Shown in pieces: positions 43,772 through 53,353 of a stretch of DNA of 64,000 nucleotides (its first letter is position 1; the number at the start of each line of letters is the position of its first letter). Made by a program: the position numbers and the translations under genes. The stretch comes from an uncultured Solirubrobacterales bacterium (GTDB lineage Bacteria; Actinomycetota; Thermoleophilia; Solirubrobacterales; JBBDJG01): positions 617,857 through 681,856 of the forward strand of contig CAWACB010000008.1 in NCBI GenBank assembly GCA_963780475.1, in the 5' to 3' direction. Below the pieces are notes generated by a model. The model saw only the letters and a program-made list of their open reading frames with translations. It had not been told where the DNA came from and searched no databases.

Positions 43772-44956
43772 CTAAATCCGCTGGATCAGCGTGCCCGTCC
43801 CCAGGCCACCGCCGCAGCACATGGTCACCAGCCCGACCTCCTTGTCGGAGCGCTCCAGCTCGTGCAGCAGAGTCGTGACCAGGCGCGCGCCGCTCGAGCC
43901 GAGCGGGTGGCCGAGCGCGATCGCGCCGCCGTTGACGTTGACCCGATCCATGTCCGGCTCCAGCTCGCGGCGCCAGGCGGCGACCACGGACGCGAACGCC
44001 TCGTTGATCTCGACCAGGTCGATGTCGTTCATGGTCATGCCGCTGCGCTCGAGCAGCCGCTTGGTCGCGGGGATCGGGCCGGTCAGCATGATCACGGGGT
44101 CGACCCCGACCGTCGTCTGGTCGAGGATCCGGGCCCGCGGCTTGAGGCCGTATTGGTCGGCCTTCTCGCGCGTCATCAGCAGGACCGCGGCGGCGCCATC
44201 GGAGATCTGGCTCGAGTTGCCGGCGGTCACCTTGCCGTCCGGCTTGAACGCCGGCTTCAGGTTGGCGAGCGCCTCGAGGCTCGTGTCGGGACGGATGCCC
44301 TGGTCGGTGACGACCGTCTCCTCGGAGCCGTTCATCTTGACCTGCATCGGGACGATCTCACGCTCGAAGCGGCCTTCCTCGGTCGCCTTGTGCGCGAGCT
44401 GGTGGGAGCGCAGCCCGAGCTCGTCGAGCTCCGAGCGCGGGATCTCCCACTTGTCGGCGATCATCTCGGCGGAGATGCCCTGCGGCACGAGGTTGTAGCG
44501 GGCCATCAGCTCGTCCGGCCACGGCGTGCCGAACTGGTCGATGTAGTTGAAGGTGATGCCCATGGGAATGTGCCCCATGTGCTCGACACCGGAGCCGATC
44601 ACGACGTCGTGGACGCCGGAGCCGACCAGCGCGGCGCCGAAGTTGACGGCCTGCTGGGCCGAGCCGCACTGGCGGTCGACCGTCGTGGCCGGAGTCGTGT
44701 CGGGAAGGCCGGCCTGGAGCCACGCGTTGCGGCCGATGTTGAAGGACTGCTCGCCGATCTGCTGGACGCAGCCGGTGACGACGTCCTCGACGTCCTCCGC
44801 GGGGATGCCGGTGCGGTCGATGACCTCGTTGAAGCACTTGGCCAGCAGCGCGTTCGGATGCTGGTTCTTGTAGTAACCCTTCTCAGGGTGCCCGCGCCCG
44901 ATTGGCGTGCGGACCGCCTCGACGATTACAACTTCACGGCCGGTCCCGTTCTGCAT
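43772..44956 (-). CDS. acetyl-CoA C-acyltransferase (thiolase)
   Basis: ATG at 44956 after GGAGGAAGGG. Motifs VDRQCGSAQQA, NVNGGAIALGHPLG, CCGGGLG. Confidence 0.9.
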   Translation of the reverse strand: MQNGTGREVVIVEAVRTPIGRGHPEKGYYKNQHPNALLAKCFNEVIDRTGIPAEDVEDVVTGCVQQIGEQSFNIGRNAWLQAGLPDTTPATTVDRQCGSAQQAVNFGAALVGSGVHDVVIGSGVEHMGHIPMGITFNYIDQFGTPWPDELMARYNLVPQGISAEMIADKWEIPRSELDELGLRSHQLAHKATEEGRFEREIVPMQVKMNGSEETVVTDQGIRPDTSLEALANLKPAFKPDGKVTAGNSSQISDGAAAVLLMTREKADQYGLKPRARILDQTTVGVDPVIMLTGPIPATKRLLERSGMTMNDIDLVEINEAFASVVAAWRRELEPDMDRVNVNGGAIALGHPLGSSGARLVTTLLHELERSDKEVGLVTMCCGGGLGTGTLIQRI

Positions 44957-45000
44957 CCCTTCCTCCAAATCCTCGCGCGGTAGAGCCATTTATGTTATCC

Positions 45001-45020
45001 GATTGACTGATGAGTCAACC
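45001..45020. promoter_or_regulatory. palindromic operator candidate GATTGACTGATGAGTCAACC
   Basis: Second copy of the TTGACTGA(Y)GAGTCAACCAA motif, in the 53-bp divergent region between the thiolase and hydroxyacyl-CoA dehydrogenase genes. Confidence 0.6.
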
Positions 45021-45855
45021 AAATGCAACTGACTCCGCCGAGCGAGTCGGCGTAGCCGGATCGGGCGCCGTCGCGCTGTGGCGTGGCGGCGGCCGCAGCG
45101 CTGCGCGGCATGGACGTGAAGCTCTGGGCTCGCAGCGCGGCATCGGCCGAGCGGGCCGAGCAGCAGCTCGACGACGAGTGGTCGCGGGCCGGCGACTCGG
45201 CCGCCGCCGCGCGCGTCGCGGTGGTCGGAGACCTGGGCGACCTGCGGGACGCGACCGTGGTCGTCGAGGCCGTGCGCGAGGACGAGTTCGTCAAGCGCGA
45301 GGTCTTCAGCGGCTCTGGCCGCGAGCCGCCGGGCCGGAGACTCTCTTCGCCACCACGACTTCGTCCCTGAGCATCGAGACGCTCTCCGCCGCTGCGGACC
45401 CGGCGCGATTCTTCGGACTGCACGTCTTCACGCCGGTCACGAAGATGGAGCTGGTCGAGCTGTGCTTCACCTCGGAGGCGAACGGCGCGACGCGGGCCCG
45501 CGCCCTTGCGCTCTGTGAGGCGCTCGGCAAGACCGCGGTCGAGGTGCCCGACGAGCCGGGCTTCGTGGTCAACCGCCTGCTGTTCCCCTACCTGTTCGAC
45601 GCGGTCCGGCTGCTCGAGCGGACCGGCATGGAGCCGGCGGCCGTCGACGACTGCATGAAGCTCGGCGCCGCCTACCGGATGGGCCCGCTCGAGCTGCTCG
45701 ACTTCGTCGGCCTCGACGTGGCCGACGCGATCGGCGAAGCGATCCACGCGGACACGGGCGACCCCGCCCACCGCCCGCCCGGCCGCATCAAGCAGCTGGT
45801 CGGCGAGGGAAGGCTGGGCCGGAAGTCGGGTGCCGGGTTCTACGAGTACCGCTGA
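45010..45855 (+). CDS. 3-hydroxyacyl-CoA dehydrogenase (two compensating frame breaks near 45078 and 45312)
   Basis: RVGVAGSGAVA is in frame 1. AAAAALRGMDVKLWARS...VVVEAVREDEFVKREVF is in the frame of ORF 45083. TLFATTTSSLSIETL...FFGLHVFTPV...GRKSGAGFYEY returns to frame 1. Confidence 0.75.
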   Translation: MSQPNATDSAERVGVAGSGAVALWRGGGRSAARHGREALGSQRGIGRAGRAAARRRVVAGRRLGRRRARRGGRRPGRPAGRDRGRRGRARGRVRQARGLQRLWPRAAGPETLFATTTSSLSIETLSAAADPARFFGLHVFTPVTKMELVELCFTSEANGATRARALALCEALGKTAVEVPDEPGFVVNRLLFPYLFDAVRLLERTGMEPAAVDDCMKLGAAYRMGPLELLDFVGLDVADAIGEAIHADTGDPAHRPPGRIKQLVGEGRLGRKSGAGFYEYR

Positions 45856-45858
45856 GCG

Positions 45859-46164
45859 CTACTCGCCGAAGCCCTCGAGCATGTCGCTGAGGAAGCCCCG
45901 CTTCTTCTTGCGCGGCTTCTCCTCGCGGCCCCGGTCCCGCACACGGTCCCGATCATCGCGGTCATCGCGCTCGTCCGTTCCGCGGTCGTCGCCCGTATCG
46001 CCGTAATGCGCGCCCTCGGCATCGATCAGCCGCTCCAGCTCGCCCCGGTCGAGGAAGATCCCGCGGCACTCGGTGCACTGGTCGACCGTGACGCCGTTGC
46101 GCTCATAGCTGCGCATCGCGCCCTGGCACTTGGGACAGGTCATGGCGGTTGTCTCTTCGCTCAT
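45859..46164 (-). CDS. TFIIB-type zinc-ribbon protein
   Basis: CPKCQGAM...DQCTECRGIFLDRGELERL, followed by an acidic/basic low-complexity tail. 101 aa. Confidence 0.75.
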   Translation of the reverse strand: MSEETTAMTCPKCQGAMRSYERNGVTVDQCTECRGIFLDRGELERLIDAEGAHYGDTGDDRGTDERDDRDDRDRVRDRGREEKPRKKKRGFLSDMLEGFGE

Positions 46165-46200
46165 CCGCCCGAACGGTAGCGACCGCTCGGACGCCGTGAG

Positions 46201-46512
46201 TCAGGTCGCCGAGCGGCGGCCGCCCTTGGCGGCCTTGCGGGGCGTCTTGCGGGCCGACACTTTCACCGGCTGCGCCTTCTCCTCCTTGCGCCTGCCGGCC
46301 AGGTCCCAGACCACGTCCGCCTCGCTGATGCCCTGTTCCTCGGCCCGCCTGGCAACGGTGGCCCAGGGCAGCTGCGCGTCGGGCAGGTCATCCCAGCGCG
46401 CGAGCTCCATTGCTTCGAGCGCGCCTTCGAGATCCTCGCCGACATCTCCCTGGATGCGGATGAGGGCCTTCAGCGTCTCGATCTGGCTGTCCGTGAATCG
46501 TGCGGACCACAC
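46201..46512 (-). CDS. hypothetical protein with basic tail
   Basis: 103-aa ORF. The N-terminal part is protein-like and the C-terminus is Lys/Arg-rich. No family recognised. Confidence 0.45.
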   Translation of the reverse strand: MWSARFTDSQIETLKALIRIQGDVGEDLEGALEAMELARWDDLPDAQLPWATVARRAEEQGISEADVVWDLAGRRKEEKAQPVKVSARKTPRKAAKGGRRSAT

Positions 46513-46586
46513 AGGGCGAACCCCCTTGGCCGGGTACGGGCGGCTTCCAAGCTAGGGGTCCTCGCGGACGGAAGATTTACTCGTTG

Positions 46587-47907
46587 TCAGCCGGCCGCCG
46601 CAGCAGCTTCCTGCTCCGGCTCGGGATGTATGCGAACCGCCTCGACGCGGTTCTCCCGCACCGACTCGACGCGGATCGAGACGCCGTTCTTGCGGATCAG
46701 GTCCCCGCGCTTGGGCAGCCGGCCGAGCTCGTCGAACACGAATCCGCCCACGGTGGTGTACGCCTCGGAGTCGACATGCAGGTCGAGCCCCGCATCGGCG
46801 AGGTCGTCGAGCGAGACGTGTCCGCGCACGAACCAGTCGCCGTTCACGAGCTTTCGGATCGATGACAGCACCGGGTCGGTCTCGTCGGTGATCTCACCGA
46901 CGACCTCCTCGATGATGTCCTCGATCGTGACGATGCCGACCGTCCGGCCGAACTCGTCCACGATCACGGCCAGCGAGGAGCGCTGGCGGCGCATGTCGGT
47001 CAGCAGGTCGTCCAGCGGCTTTGTCTCGGGCATGATCAGCGCCTCGCGCACGAGCGGCGCCAGGGGCGCGTCGGGGCCCTCGCTCATCAGCGCCTGCGCG
47101 AGCCGGTTCGCGTGCACGATGCCCTTCACCCGGTCGGGGTTGCCGTCCTCGATCACGACGAGGCGCGTGTGTCCCGGAGCCGATGCACCGGCTGAGGCCG
47201 GTCTCGACGGTGTCGTCGCTGTCGACGGTCACCAGCGCCGGCGTGGGCGTCATCACCTGGCGTGCCTGCTGCTCGTGCAGGTTGAAGACGCCCTTCAGCA
47301 TCCCCACCTCGCCCGGGTCGAGGTTCGCACCGACCTGCCCGTGCTCGACCATCATCCGCAGCTCCGCAGTCGACTGGTCGTCCCCGAGGGCATCGACGTC
47401 CACGCGCAGGATCCGGCGTAGGACGAAGTTCGCGCCGCTGTTCAGGGCCCAGATCAGCGGATAGAAGCCGACGCGGAACCACTCCAGCGGCCGCGAGACC
47501 CACTTGGCGACCGTCTCAGGATGGGTGATCGCCATGATCTTGGGCGCCTGCTCGCCGACGATCACGTGTGCCGCGGTCACGAACAGGTAGGCGATCCCGA
47601 CCGAGATCGCCACCGACACGCCGTGGCTGACGGTATCCCCGAACAAGGGCTCGAGCAGGCTCGCGATGGCGGGCTCGCCGAGGAAACCGAGGCCGATCGA
47701 GGCCATGGTGATGCCCACCTGCGCCGCGGACAGGTACTCGTCGATCTGGTCGATCTCCTTCAGAGCGAGCGTAGCTCCCGTCGAGCCCTCCTTGGAGAGC
47801 TTCTCCAGGTGCCCGGCCCGCGAGCGCACGAGCGCGAATTCGGCCGCCACGAAAAACCCGTTGATGACGATCAACAGGACCAGCAGGAAGAGGAAAAAGG
47901 CGGTCAC
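46587..47907 (-). CDS. CNNM/CorC-type transporter (DUF21 + CBS pair + CorC_HlyC) (1-nt frame break near 47174)
   Basis: The DUF21 TM region INGFFVAAEFALVRSR... (ORF 46894-47907) continues as GHTRLVVIEDGN...VDEFGRTVGIVTIEDIIEEVVGEI (ORF 46587-47156). Confidence 0.8.
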
Positions 47908-48048
47908 GCGAAGAGGCGCCTAGTGGCGCGCGCGCGGCTCAGGCCGCGAGAGCCGGTCGATCGCGTGGTCCGCGTCGTGCGGAGCGCCGGATGTCGGCCG
48001 GGACTTCGAGGAAGGTCGTCGCTCATCGTCGACCGGGCGAGCGTAGCA

Positions 48049-48444
48049 TCAGCCGCGGCGCTCGGGAAGGCGCGAGCGAGTGGCTGACACCGCACCGAGG
48101 ATGGAGCGGGTCCCCTGCTCGGCGATGCCGCGCAGGCCGGGAGCCTTGCGGCGCCGGGACCGGCGCAGCTGGAGCACGACCAGCGCAGCGCCTGCCGCGG
48201 TGCCGGCTGTCAGCGCGACCGCCGGGCGGACCCAGTTGCGCGGGTCACGGATCGCCTCGATCTCCCAGTCGGAAAGCTCCTCGAGCGTCTCGATCGCCGC
48301 CGCGCTGACGCTCGCGAGGCGGGCCTCCAGCTCGTCGACGAGCGTCGCCGGTGGCTCGACGGGAGCAAACGCGGACTCGAGCAGCCGCATGATCTCCGCC
48401 CCCGCCCCGTCGGGCCCGGGGAGCCTTGCCTGCTCCGCGCTCAT
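48049..48444 (-). CDS. putative anti-sigma factor (single TM), hypothetical
   Basis: 131 aa. The ATG overlaps the sigma gene stop, and there is one TM helix (VALTAGTAAGAALVVLQL). No zinc-finger anti-sigma motif is present, so the call rests on position only. Confidence 0.45.
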   Translation of the reverse strand: MSAEQARLPGPDGAGAEIMRLLESAFAPVEPPATLVDELEARLASVSAAAIETLEELSDWEIEAIRDPRNWVRPAVALTAGTAAGAALVVLQLRRSRRRKAPGLRGIAEQGTRSILGAVSATRSRLPERRG

Positions 48445-48977
48445 TCTTCCTCTCCCCTGCCCATCTGTTCCTCGAGCTGCTTGATGGCCCGGTGGATCAG
48501 CACCTTGGTGGCGCCCTCGGAGCGGCCCAAAGCCCGTGCTATCTCGCGATTGTCCATGCCCAGCGCGAACCTCATGATCAAGGCCTCTCGCCGATCATCG
48601 GGCAGGGAGCGCACTCCTTCAAGGACCGCAACAGCTTCTTCACGTCCAATCACCAGCTTTTCGGTTTCGTGCGGTGTGTCCGGGACGTCGATGCCCTCCA
48701 GCGTGGAGACCGGCCGGCGGGAGCGGTCCCGGTGATAGTTGGCGGCGAGGTTGTGCGCGATCCGGATCAGCCAGGGCCGCAGCGGGCGGCCGTTGGACTC
48801 GCGCTGTGCGCGCTCGAAGTGCCGGTAGGACTGGAGGAACGTCTGCGTCGTGAGGTCCTCGGCATCGTGGTAATTGCCGGTCCGGTAGTACGTGTAGTTG
48901 AACACGTCCCGCAGATGCTCGCGGTAGAACTGCGAGAACTCGCGGTCGAGCTTGGCCTTGTCGCGGGGCGGCTCCAC
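48441..48977 (-). CDS. ECF-type RNA polymerase sigma-70 factor
   Basis: Region 2 (YHDAEDLTTQTFLQSY, PWLIRIAHNLAANY) and region 4 (REALIMRFALGMDNREIARALGRSEGATKVLIHRA). Confidence 0.85.
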   Translation of the reverse strand: MEPPRDKAKLDREFSQFYREHLRDVFNYTYYRTGNYHDAEDLTTQTFLQSYRHFERAQRESNGRPLRPWLIRIAHNLAANYHRDRSRRPVSTLEGIDVPDTPHETEKLVIGREEAVAVLEGVRSLPDDRREALIMRFALGMDNREIARALGRSEGATKVLIHRAIKQLEEQMGRGEEE

Positions 48978-49021
48978 CGGCCAGAGAGTACCTTCGCCCC
49001 GTCATCGGCCTGCCGGGCCGC

Positions 49022-50678
49022 TCAGGCGGCCTGCGCCCGTCGCCGCGTTCGGCCTGAACGCTCGATCCAGCGCTCGGCAGGCATGCGGCCCTCGATCACG
49101 GCCGCCAGGTCGCGCGTCGCGGGGGCGCGCACGCCCTCGCTGTCCATCGCCCTGGCGAGCGCCGGGACCAGCCCGAGGCCCTCGGGAACCTGGCCCAGCC
49201 GCTCCCGGATCTCGTCCGGATGAACCCCGCCCGCAAGCATCTCGCCCGCCCGGCGGTTGCGGCTGGTCGCGGCCAGCACGGTCGCGACGAGGTCGCCGGT
49301 GCCGGCCGGGCCGCTGAAGGTCTCGTCGCGCGCCCCGTAGGAGTGGGCCAGCGCGTGGCACTCGGCGTAGATGCGCCCGGCCGCGGCTCCCGCTGCGTTC
49401 GCGCCACCGGGGAGTGCGGCGGCCGCGGCGAGCGCGGCGGCGTTCTTGGCGACGCCCGCGAGCTCCACACCGACCTGGTCGGAGCTCGTGTCGCACTCAA
49501 TGCCACCGCGGCGAAACGCCGTGGCGACCAGGGCGGAGAAGTGGCTGTCCTGCGTCCCGACGACCAGCGTCGCGCCAACCTGTACGGCCTCGAGCGCGTG
49601 CCCCGGCCCTCCGAGGCAGGCGACCGGCCTCGAACCCGAGATGCGCTGCACGAAGCGACTCGGCAGCTCGCCCTCGGGTCCGATCAGGCCTTTGGTCAGC
49701 ACCAGGACACCTAGGTCCGGGGGCAGTCGATCGCCTACCCCCGCAAGCGCCGTCGGCAGCTCGCGGGCGGGCACGGCAAGGCAGAGAAGCTCGGTGCGGG
49801 ACAGATCGGCCTCGGCGACGGTCATCGGCGTAACCGTCTCCGGGAGCTCGACGCCCGGCAGGTAGCGGGGGTTGGTTCTGCTGGCGCGCAGCTCGGCAGC
49901 CTGCTCGGGCGTCCGGCACGCGAGCTGAACGTGCGCACCGCTACGCGCAAGGAGCGTCGCGACCGCGGTTCCCCAGCTGCCGGCGCCGACGACGACGGCG
50001 CGGCGCAGCGGCGACGTGCCGCCGAGCCACTCCCACTGGAGCGAGATGCACGACCAGACGCGACGCGTGACCTCGCTGGCGAGCTCTTCGCTGGGGTTGG
50101 CGTCGACGGGCCGGGGGAACGTCATCGCGCTGCCGCAGCGGACGGTCACTCGGTGCGGGCGGACCAGCCATCCGGTGCGGATGTCCTCCGTGCCGGTGAT
50201 CGCAGCCGGGACCACGGGCGCGCCGGTCTCGAGCGCCAGGCGCCCGACGCCGCTGCGCGGCTCGCCGAGCGGGCCCGGGCCGCACCCGGGTGCCCTCCGG
50301 AAAGATTCCGACAGCGCCGCCACGCTCCAGGATCACGCGCGCAGTCTCCATCGCGTCCTCGTCCGACTCGCCGCGGCGAATGGGAAACGCGCCGAGCGCG
50401 AGCAGGATCCAGGCCTTCCAGCGCTTGTCGAACAATTCGACCTTGGCGACGAAGTGCAGCGGCCGGCGGAGGCAGGTCCCGATCAGGAAAGGGTCGGAGA
50501 AGCTGCGGTGGTTGGCCGCGATCAGGACCGGGCCGTCGGCGGGGATGTGACCGAGGCCGTGACGGCCCAGGCGGAAGTAGAGGTGGAAGAAGGGCTGCAG
50601 GATCGCCCGGACGATCCAGTAGACGACCGGAATCGGGCCTCGCTCGCGGGCGATCTCGTGTGCGCGCTTGGGATCCAT
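49022..50678 (-). CDS. 1-acyl-sn-glycerol-3-phosphate acyltransferase fused in frame to NAD(P)H glycerol-3-phosphate dehydrogenase (frame break near 50275)
   Basis: PlsC motifs NHRSFSDP and FPEGTR (ORF 49941-50678). The frame shifts inside CCCGGGCC to PGPLGEPRSGVGRLALETGAPVVP (ORF 49022-50323). That ORF runs with no stop and no ATG/GTG/TTG into GpsA (VVVGAGSWGTAVA...KNAAALAAA). Confidence 0.75.
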
Positions 50679-50752
50679 TCGCGTGCGTAGAACAACCCTC
50701 CCTTCACAGGTGGGTTACATCCGAGGTTCGCCGGTGACGCTGGCCTATCCTT

Positions 50753-50778
50753 GGCGCGACGGATTTATCCGTCGCGCC
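50753..50778. other. perfect 11-bp-stem hairpin abutting the tRNA 5' end
   Basis: GGCGCGACGGA-ttta-TCCGTCGCGCC. The last 3 nt are the first 3 nt of tRNA-Thr. It also lies 75 nt upstream of the plsC start on the other strand. Confidence 0.5.
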
Positions 50779-50848
50779 GGAGTAGCTCAGCTGGTAGAGC
50801 ACCGCTCTTGTAAAGCGGATGTCAGGGGTTCGAGTCCCCTCTCCGGCT
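50776..50848 (+). tRNA. tRNA-Thr (anticodon UGU)
   Basis: Manual cloverleaf: acceptor GCCGGAG/CTCCGGC, D stem GCTC/GAGC, anticodon stem CCGCT/AGCGG with loop CTTGTAA, T stem AGGGG/CCCCT with TTCGAGT. No encoded CCA. Confidence 0.9.
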
Positions 50849-50875
50849 CTCGACAGTCGGGAGTTTGGCGGTCCG

Positions 50876-51931
50876 CTACTTACTGGCAGCGACGCAGGCG
50901 CCGTGGCTCGAGTACCGCTCCTCGAACGACGCATCGCCGAGAAACACGCGCAAGGCCTTGCAGTAGTGCGAGGCGTTCTTGTAGTCGCCGGGCTGCGGCT
51001 CGAGAGGCGGAGTCGTTCCCGGCTTCGGCCCCCAGCTCGGTCCGGAGTCCAAGCGGCTCGTCCACGGTACGGGCGTAAATTCCGGTGAGGACGGCGGCGG
51101 CAGGTCACATATGCCGCCGTCGCAATCGAAGATCAGCCGGCTCCCGTCCGGCGAGTAAGCCGGCTCGGCGAGTCCCTGCCCGAAGCCATGGTGCTCGACG
51201 GCGCCGGTCCCGTCGGCGTTCATGACGACGATCGACCAGGCGAAGAACGTCCCGCCGCCCCAGACGAGGTCGTAGGCGATCTTGGACCCGTCCGGCGAGA
51301 AGTCGGGGTTGCCCGGTTCGCGGTGGGAATCGCGCGACGGGACCGGGTAGCTGGTCAGCCTTAACCGCCCGCTCCCGTCGGGGTTCATCGAGAAGACGTT
51401 GTTGCCCGAGATGAAGGCGATTTTCCGCCCGTCGGGAGACCACACCGGCTCGGAGCCGCCCTGACCAGCGGTGAGGTTCGTCAGCCCGGTCCCGTCCGGA
51501 TTGACCACGTACACGTCATAGATGCCGTTGTCGAAGCGCTCGAAGGCGATCTTCCGGTCGTCCGGCGACCACGTCGGGTTGTAGTCATTGCCCGGGAAGC
51601 TCGTCAGCCGTGCCTGGTCGGTGCCGTCGGCGTCCATGAGGTAGACCTCGGGATTGCCGTCGCGGGCGCTGGTAAAGGCGAGGCTCTCGCCGTCCGCCGA
51701 CCAGCGGGGCTGAAAGTCGCTTCGGGTAGTCGTAAGCCGTTGCAGACCGGTTCCATCCGGGTCGGCGGACCAGATGTCGTACCCGGAAAAGGAGACGTCG
51801 GAGCGAACGAAAGCGATCTTCCCGTTCTCGCCCGGGAAGGCCGCTTCGGCGGGTCCGGCGCTCGCAAGCGCGGCCGCCGCAAAGACGGCTGCGGCGAAGC
51901 CCCTTGCTCCTCTACCAAAAACGGACGTCAT
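50876..51931 (-). CDS. secreted PD40/TolB-like beta-propeller repeat protein
   Basis: Has a signal peptide. Repeats of the form P.WSPDG..IAF (QPRWSADGESLAF, NPTWSPDDRKIAF, EPVWSPDGRKIAF, NPDFSPDGSKIAY, EPAYSPDGSRLIF). Confidence 0.85.
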   Translation of the reverse strand: MTSVFGRGARGFAAAVFAAAALASAGPAEAAFPGENGKIAFVRSDVSFSGYDIWSADPDGTGLQRLTTTRSDFQPRWSADGESLAFTSARDGNPEVYLMDADGTDQARLTSFPGNDYNPTWSPDDRKIAFERFDNGIYDVYVVNPDGTGLTNLTAGQGGSEPVWSPDGRKIAFISGNNVFSMNPDGSGRLRLTSYPVPSRDSHREPGNPDFSPDGSKIAYDLVWGGGTFFAWSIVVMNADGTGAVEHHGFGQGLAEPAYSPDGSRLIFDCDGGICDLPPPSSPEFTPVPWTSRLDSGPSWGPKPGTTPPLEPQPGDYKNASHYCKALRVFLGDASFEERYSSHGACVAASK

Positions 51932-52089
51932 GCCTGGAACCCCAATCCGGCTGTGCGCGCCGCTTCCAGTCTAGGGCGTCATTCGCGACGTGTGGGGCCT
52001 ATTCACTCCGGACCAAACGCTGCAACCCGCCCGTCGAACGGCCTCCGACCCGCTAAAGGTTTGGCCGACTGCGGCCCGATTTACTGCCT

Positions 52090-52341
52090 ATGCCAGTCGA
52101 CGTTGCGATCGACCTGATGAACCCCATGTCCCTCTTCGTGATCGGCTGTATCGGTGCGCTGTGGCTGGGAGCCGGGATCACGACCGTGATGAAAGGCAAG
52201 TGGTTCTGCTTCATGGCGGGGCTCTTCGTATGGATCGTCTGGGTCTTCTCCGCTTGTCGGCTGGCCAAGCCTGACTCGTTCTGGGCACGAGAGTTTTACT
52301 CCGACGAAGGGCGTGACCTTGCAGCGAGCCGGGTCCGGTAG
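52090..52341 (+). CDS. small hypothetical membrane protein
   Basis: 83 aa with two predicted TM helices. It lies in a locally lower-GC patch. Confidence 0.45.
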   Translation: MPVDVAIDLMNPMSLFVIGCIGALWLGAGITTVMKGKWFCFMAGLFVWIVWVFSACRLAKPDSFWAREFYSDEGRDLAASRVR

Positions 52342-52407
52342 CCCTTCGGCGGGGACTCCATCACCCCCCCTGACGCGGGCGATGCTGACGGCAGTCGAGA
52401 GCGCGGT

Positions 52408-53289
52408 CTAGACGCGGCGGATCCACAGCGAGGAGCCGCGATCGCGGTGCTCGTCGGTGAGGTCCGGGAACACCGCCCGCAGGCGGTCCCAGTGGTTGGT
52501 GCGCAGCCAGTACGTGCCGAGCAGGACCTCGAAGGCCGTGTTGAAGGCCAGGAACGCCTGCAGCAGGTACTGCTCGTTCCACGCGCGGCCCTCGAGCACC
52601 CAGTTCTCCGGGTAGTCGCCCGGCATGAAGATGTCGTGGATGTGGACGACCACGCCCGGTCGCAGCCGCGGCAGGATCTGGTTGTAGATCCAGGGCACGT
52701 CGCCGCCGGTCTTGGCGACATGTGACGTGTCGATGAACAGCAGGTCGTTATCGCCGAGCGACTCGAACACCTCGAGCGGCGTGTCCTGCACCTCCTCGGT
52801 GCGCAACTCGGTCATGCCGTCCACCCCGGCCTTCAGCGCGTCCGGCGGGAACGGGTCGATCGTCGTGAAGTGGATCCGGCCGCCGAGCAGCTCCCGGTTG
52901 ACACGCGCGGTGACGAGCGACGAGTGGCCCGCGCCGACGTCGACCACTCGCGCCGGCTCGAGCTGCCGGACGAAGGCCTGCAACACCCAGGCGTCGAGCG
53001 CCGGGTACATGCGGCTGCGGCTCCAGTAATGGGTGATCGGGTCGGGCCGGTCGGACGGGAACTCGAGCGGCGTCTGCTCGCCGAACCGCTCCAGCAGCTC
53101 GAGTTGGGCGTCCGGGCGCCACTCGATCCCGGGCATCTCGAGCGGGCGGTCGCGAAAGACCCGGTCCCGCCACGCGGGGTCGTCGAAGCGCTTGGTGTCC
53201 GGCAGCGGCGAGTAGTAGTGCCCGGGCTTGCAGAAGAGCTTCACCGGGTGCTCGTCGCCGCGGCGGTCGATCAGGATCAGGTCGGCCAT
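52408..53289 (-). CDS. class I SAM-dependent methyltransferase-like protein
   Basis: 293 aa. Motif I VVDVGAGHSS and the acidic loop LLFIDTSH. Confidence 0.7.
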   Translation of the reverse strand: MADLILIDRRGDEHPVKLFCKPGHYYSPLPDTKRFDDPAWRDRVFRDRPLEMPGIEWRPDAQLELLERFGEQTPLEFPSDRPDPITHYWSRSRMYPALDAWVLQAFVRQLEPARVVDVGAGHSSLVTARVNRELLGGRIHFTTIDPFPPDALKAGVDGMTELRTEEVQDTPLEVFESLGDNDLLFIDTSHVAKTGGDVPWIYNQILPRLRPGVVVHIHDIFMPGDYPENWVLEGRAWNEQYLLQAFLAFNTAFEVLLGTYWLRTNHWDRLRAVFPDLTDEHRDRGSSLWIRRV

Positions 53290-53353
53290 GGCGCCGGAGT
53301 ATCCCAGCAGGGCACGGGGGATCTGGAGTCACCCGACCGCCGAACTCGCGATA

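Noticed and set aside
50850-53300. A genomic island integrated at tRNA-Thr.
   Set aside because: There is no integrase, recombinase or phage gene. I found no direct repeat of the tRNA 3' end. The gene content (PD40 protein, methyltransferase) is not obviously foreign.
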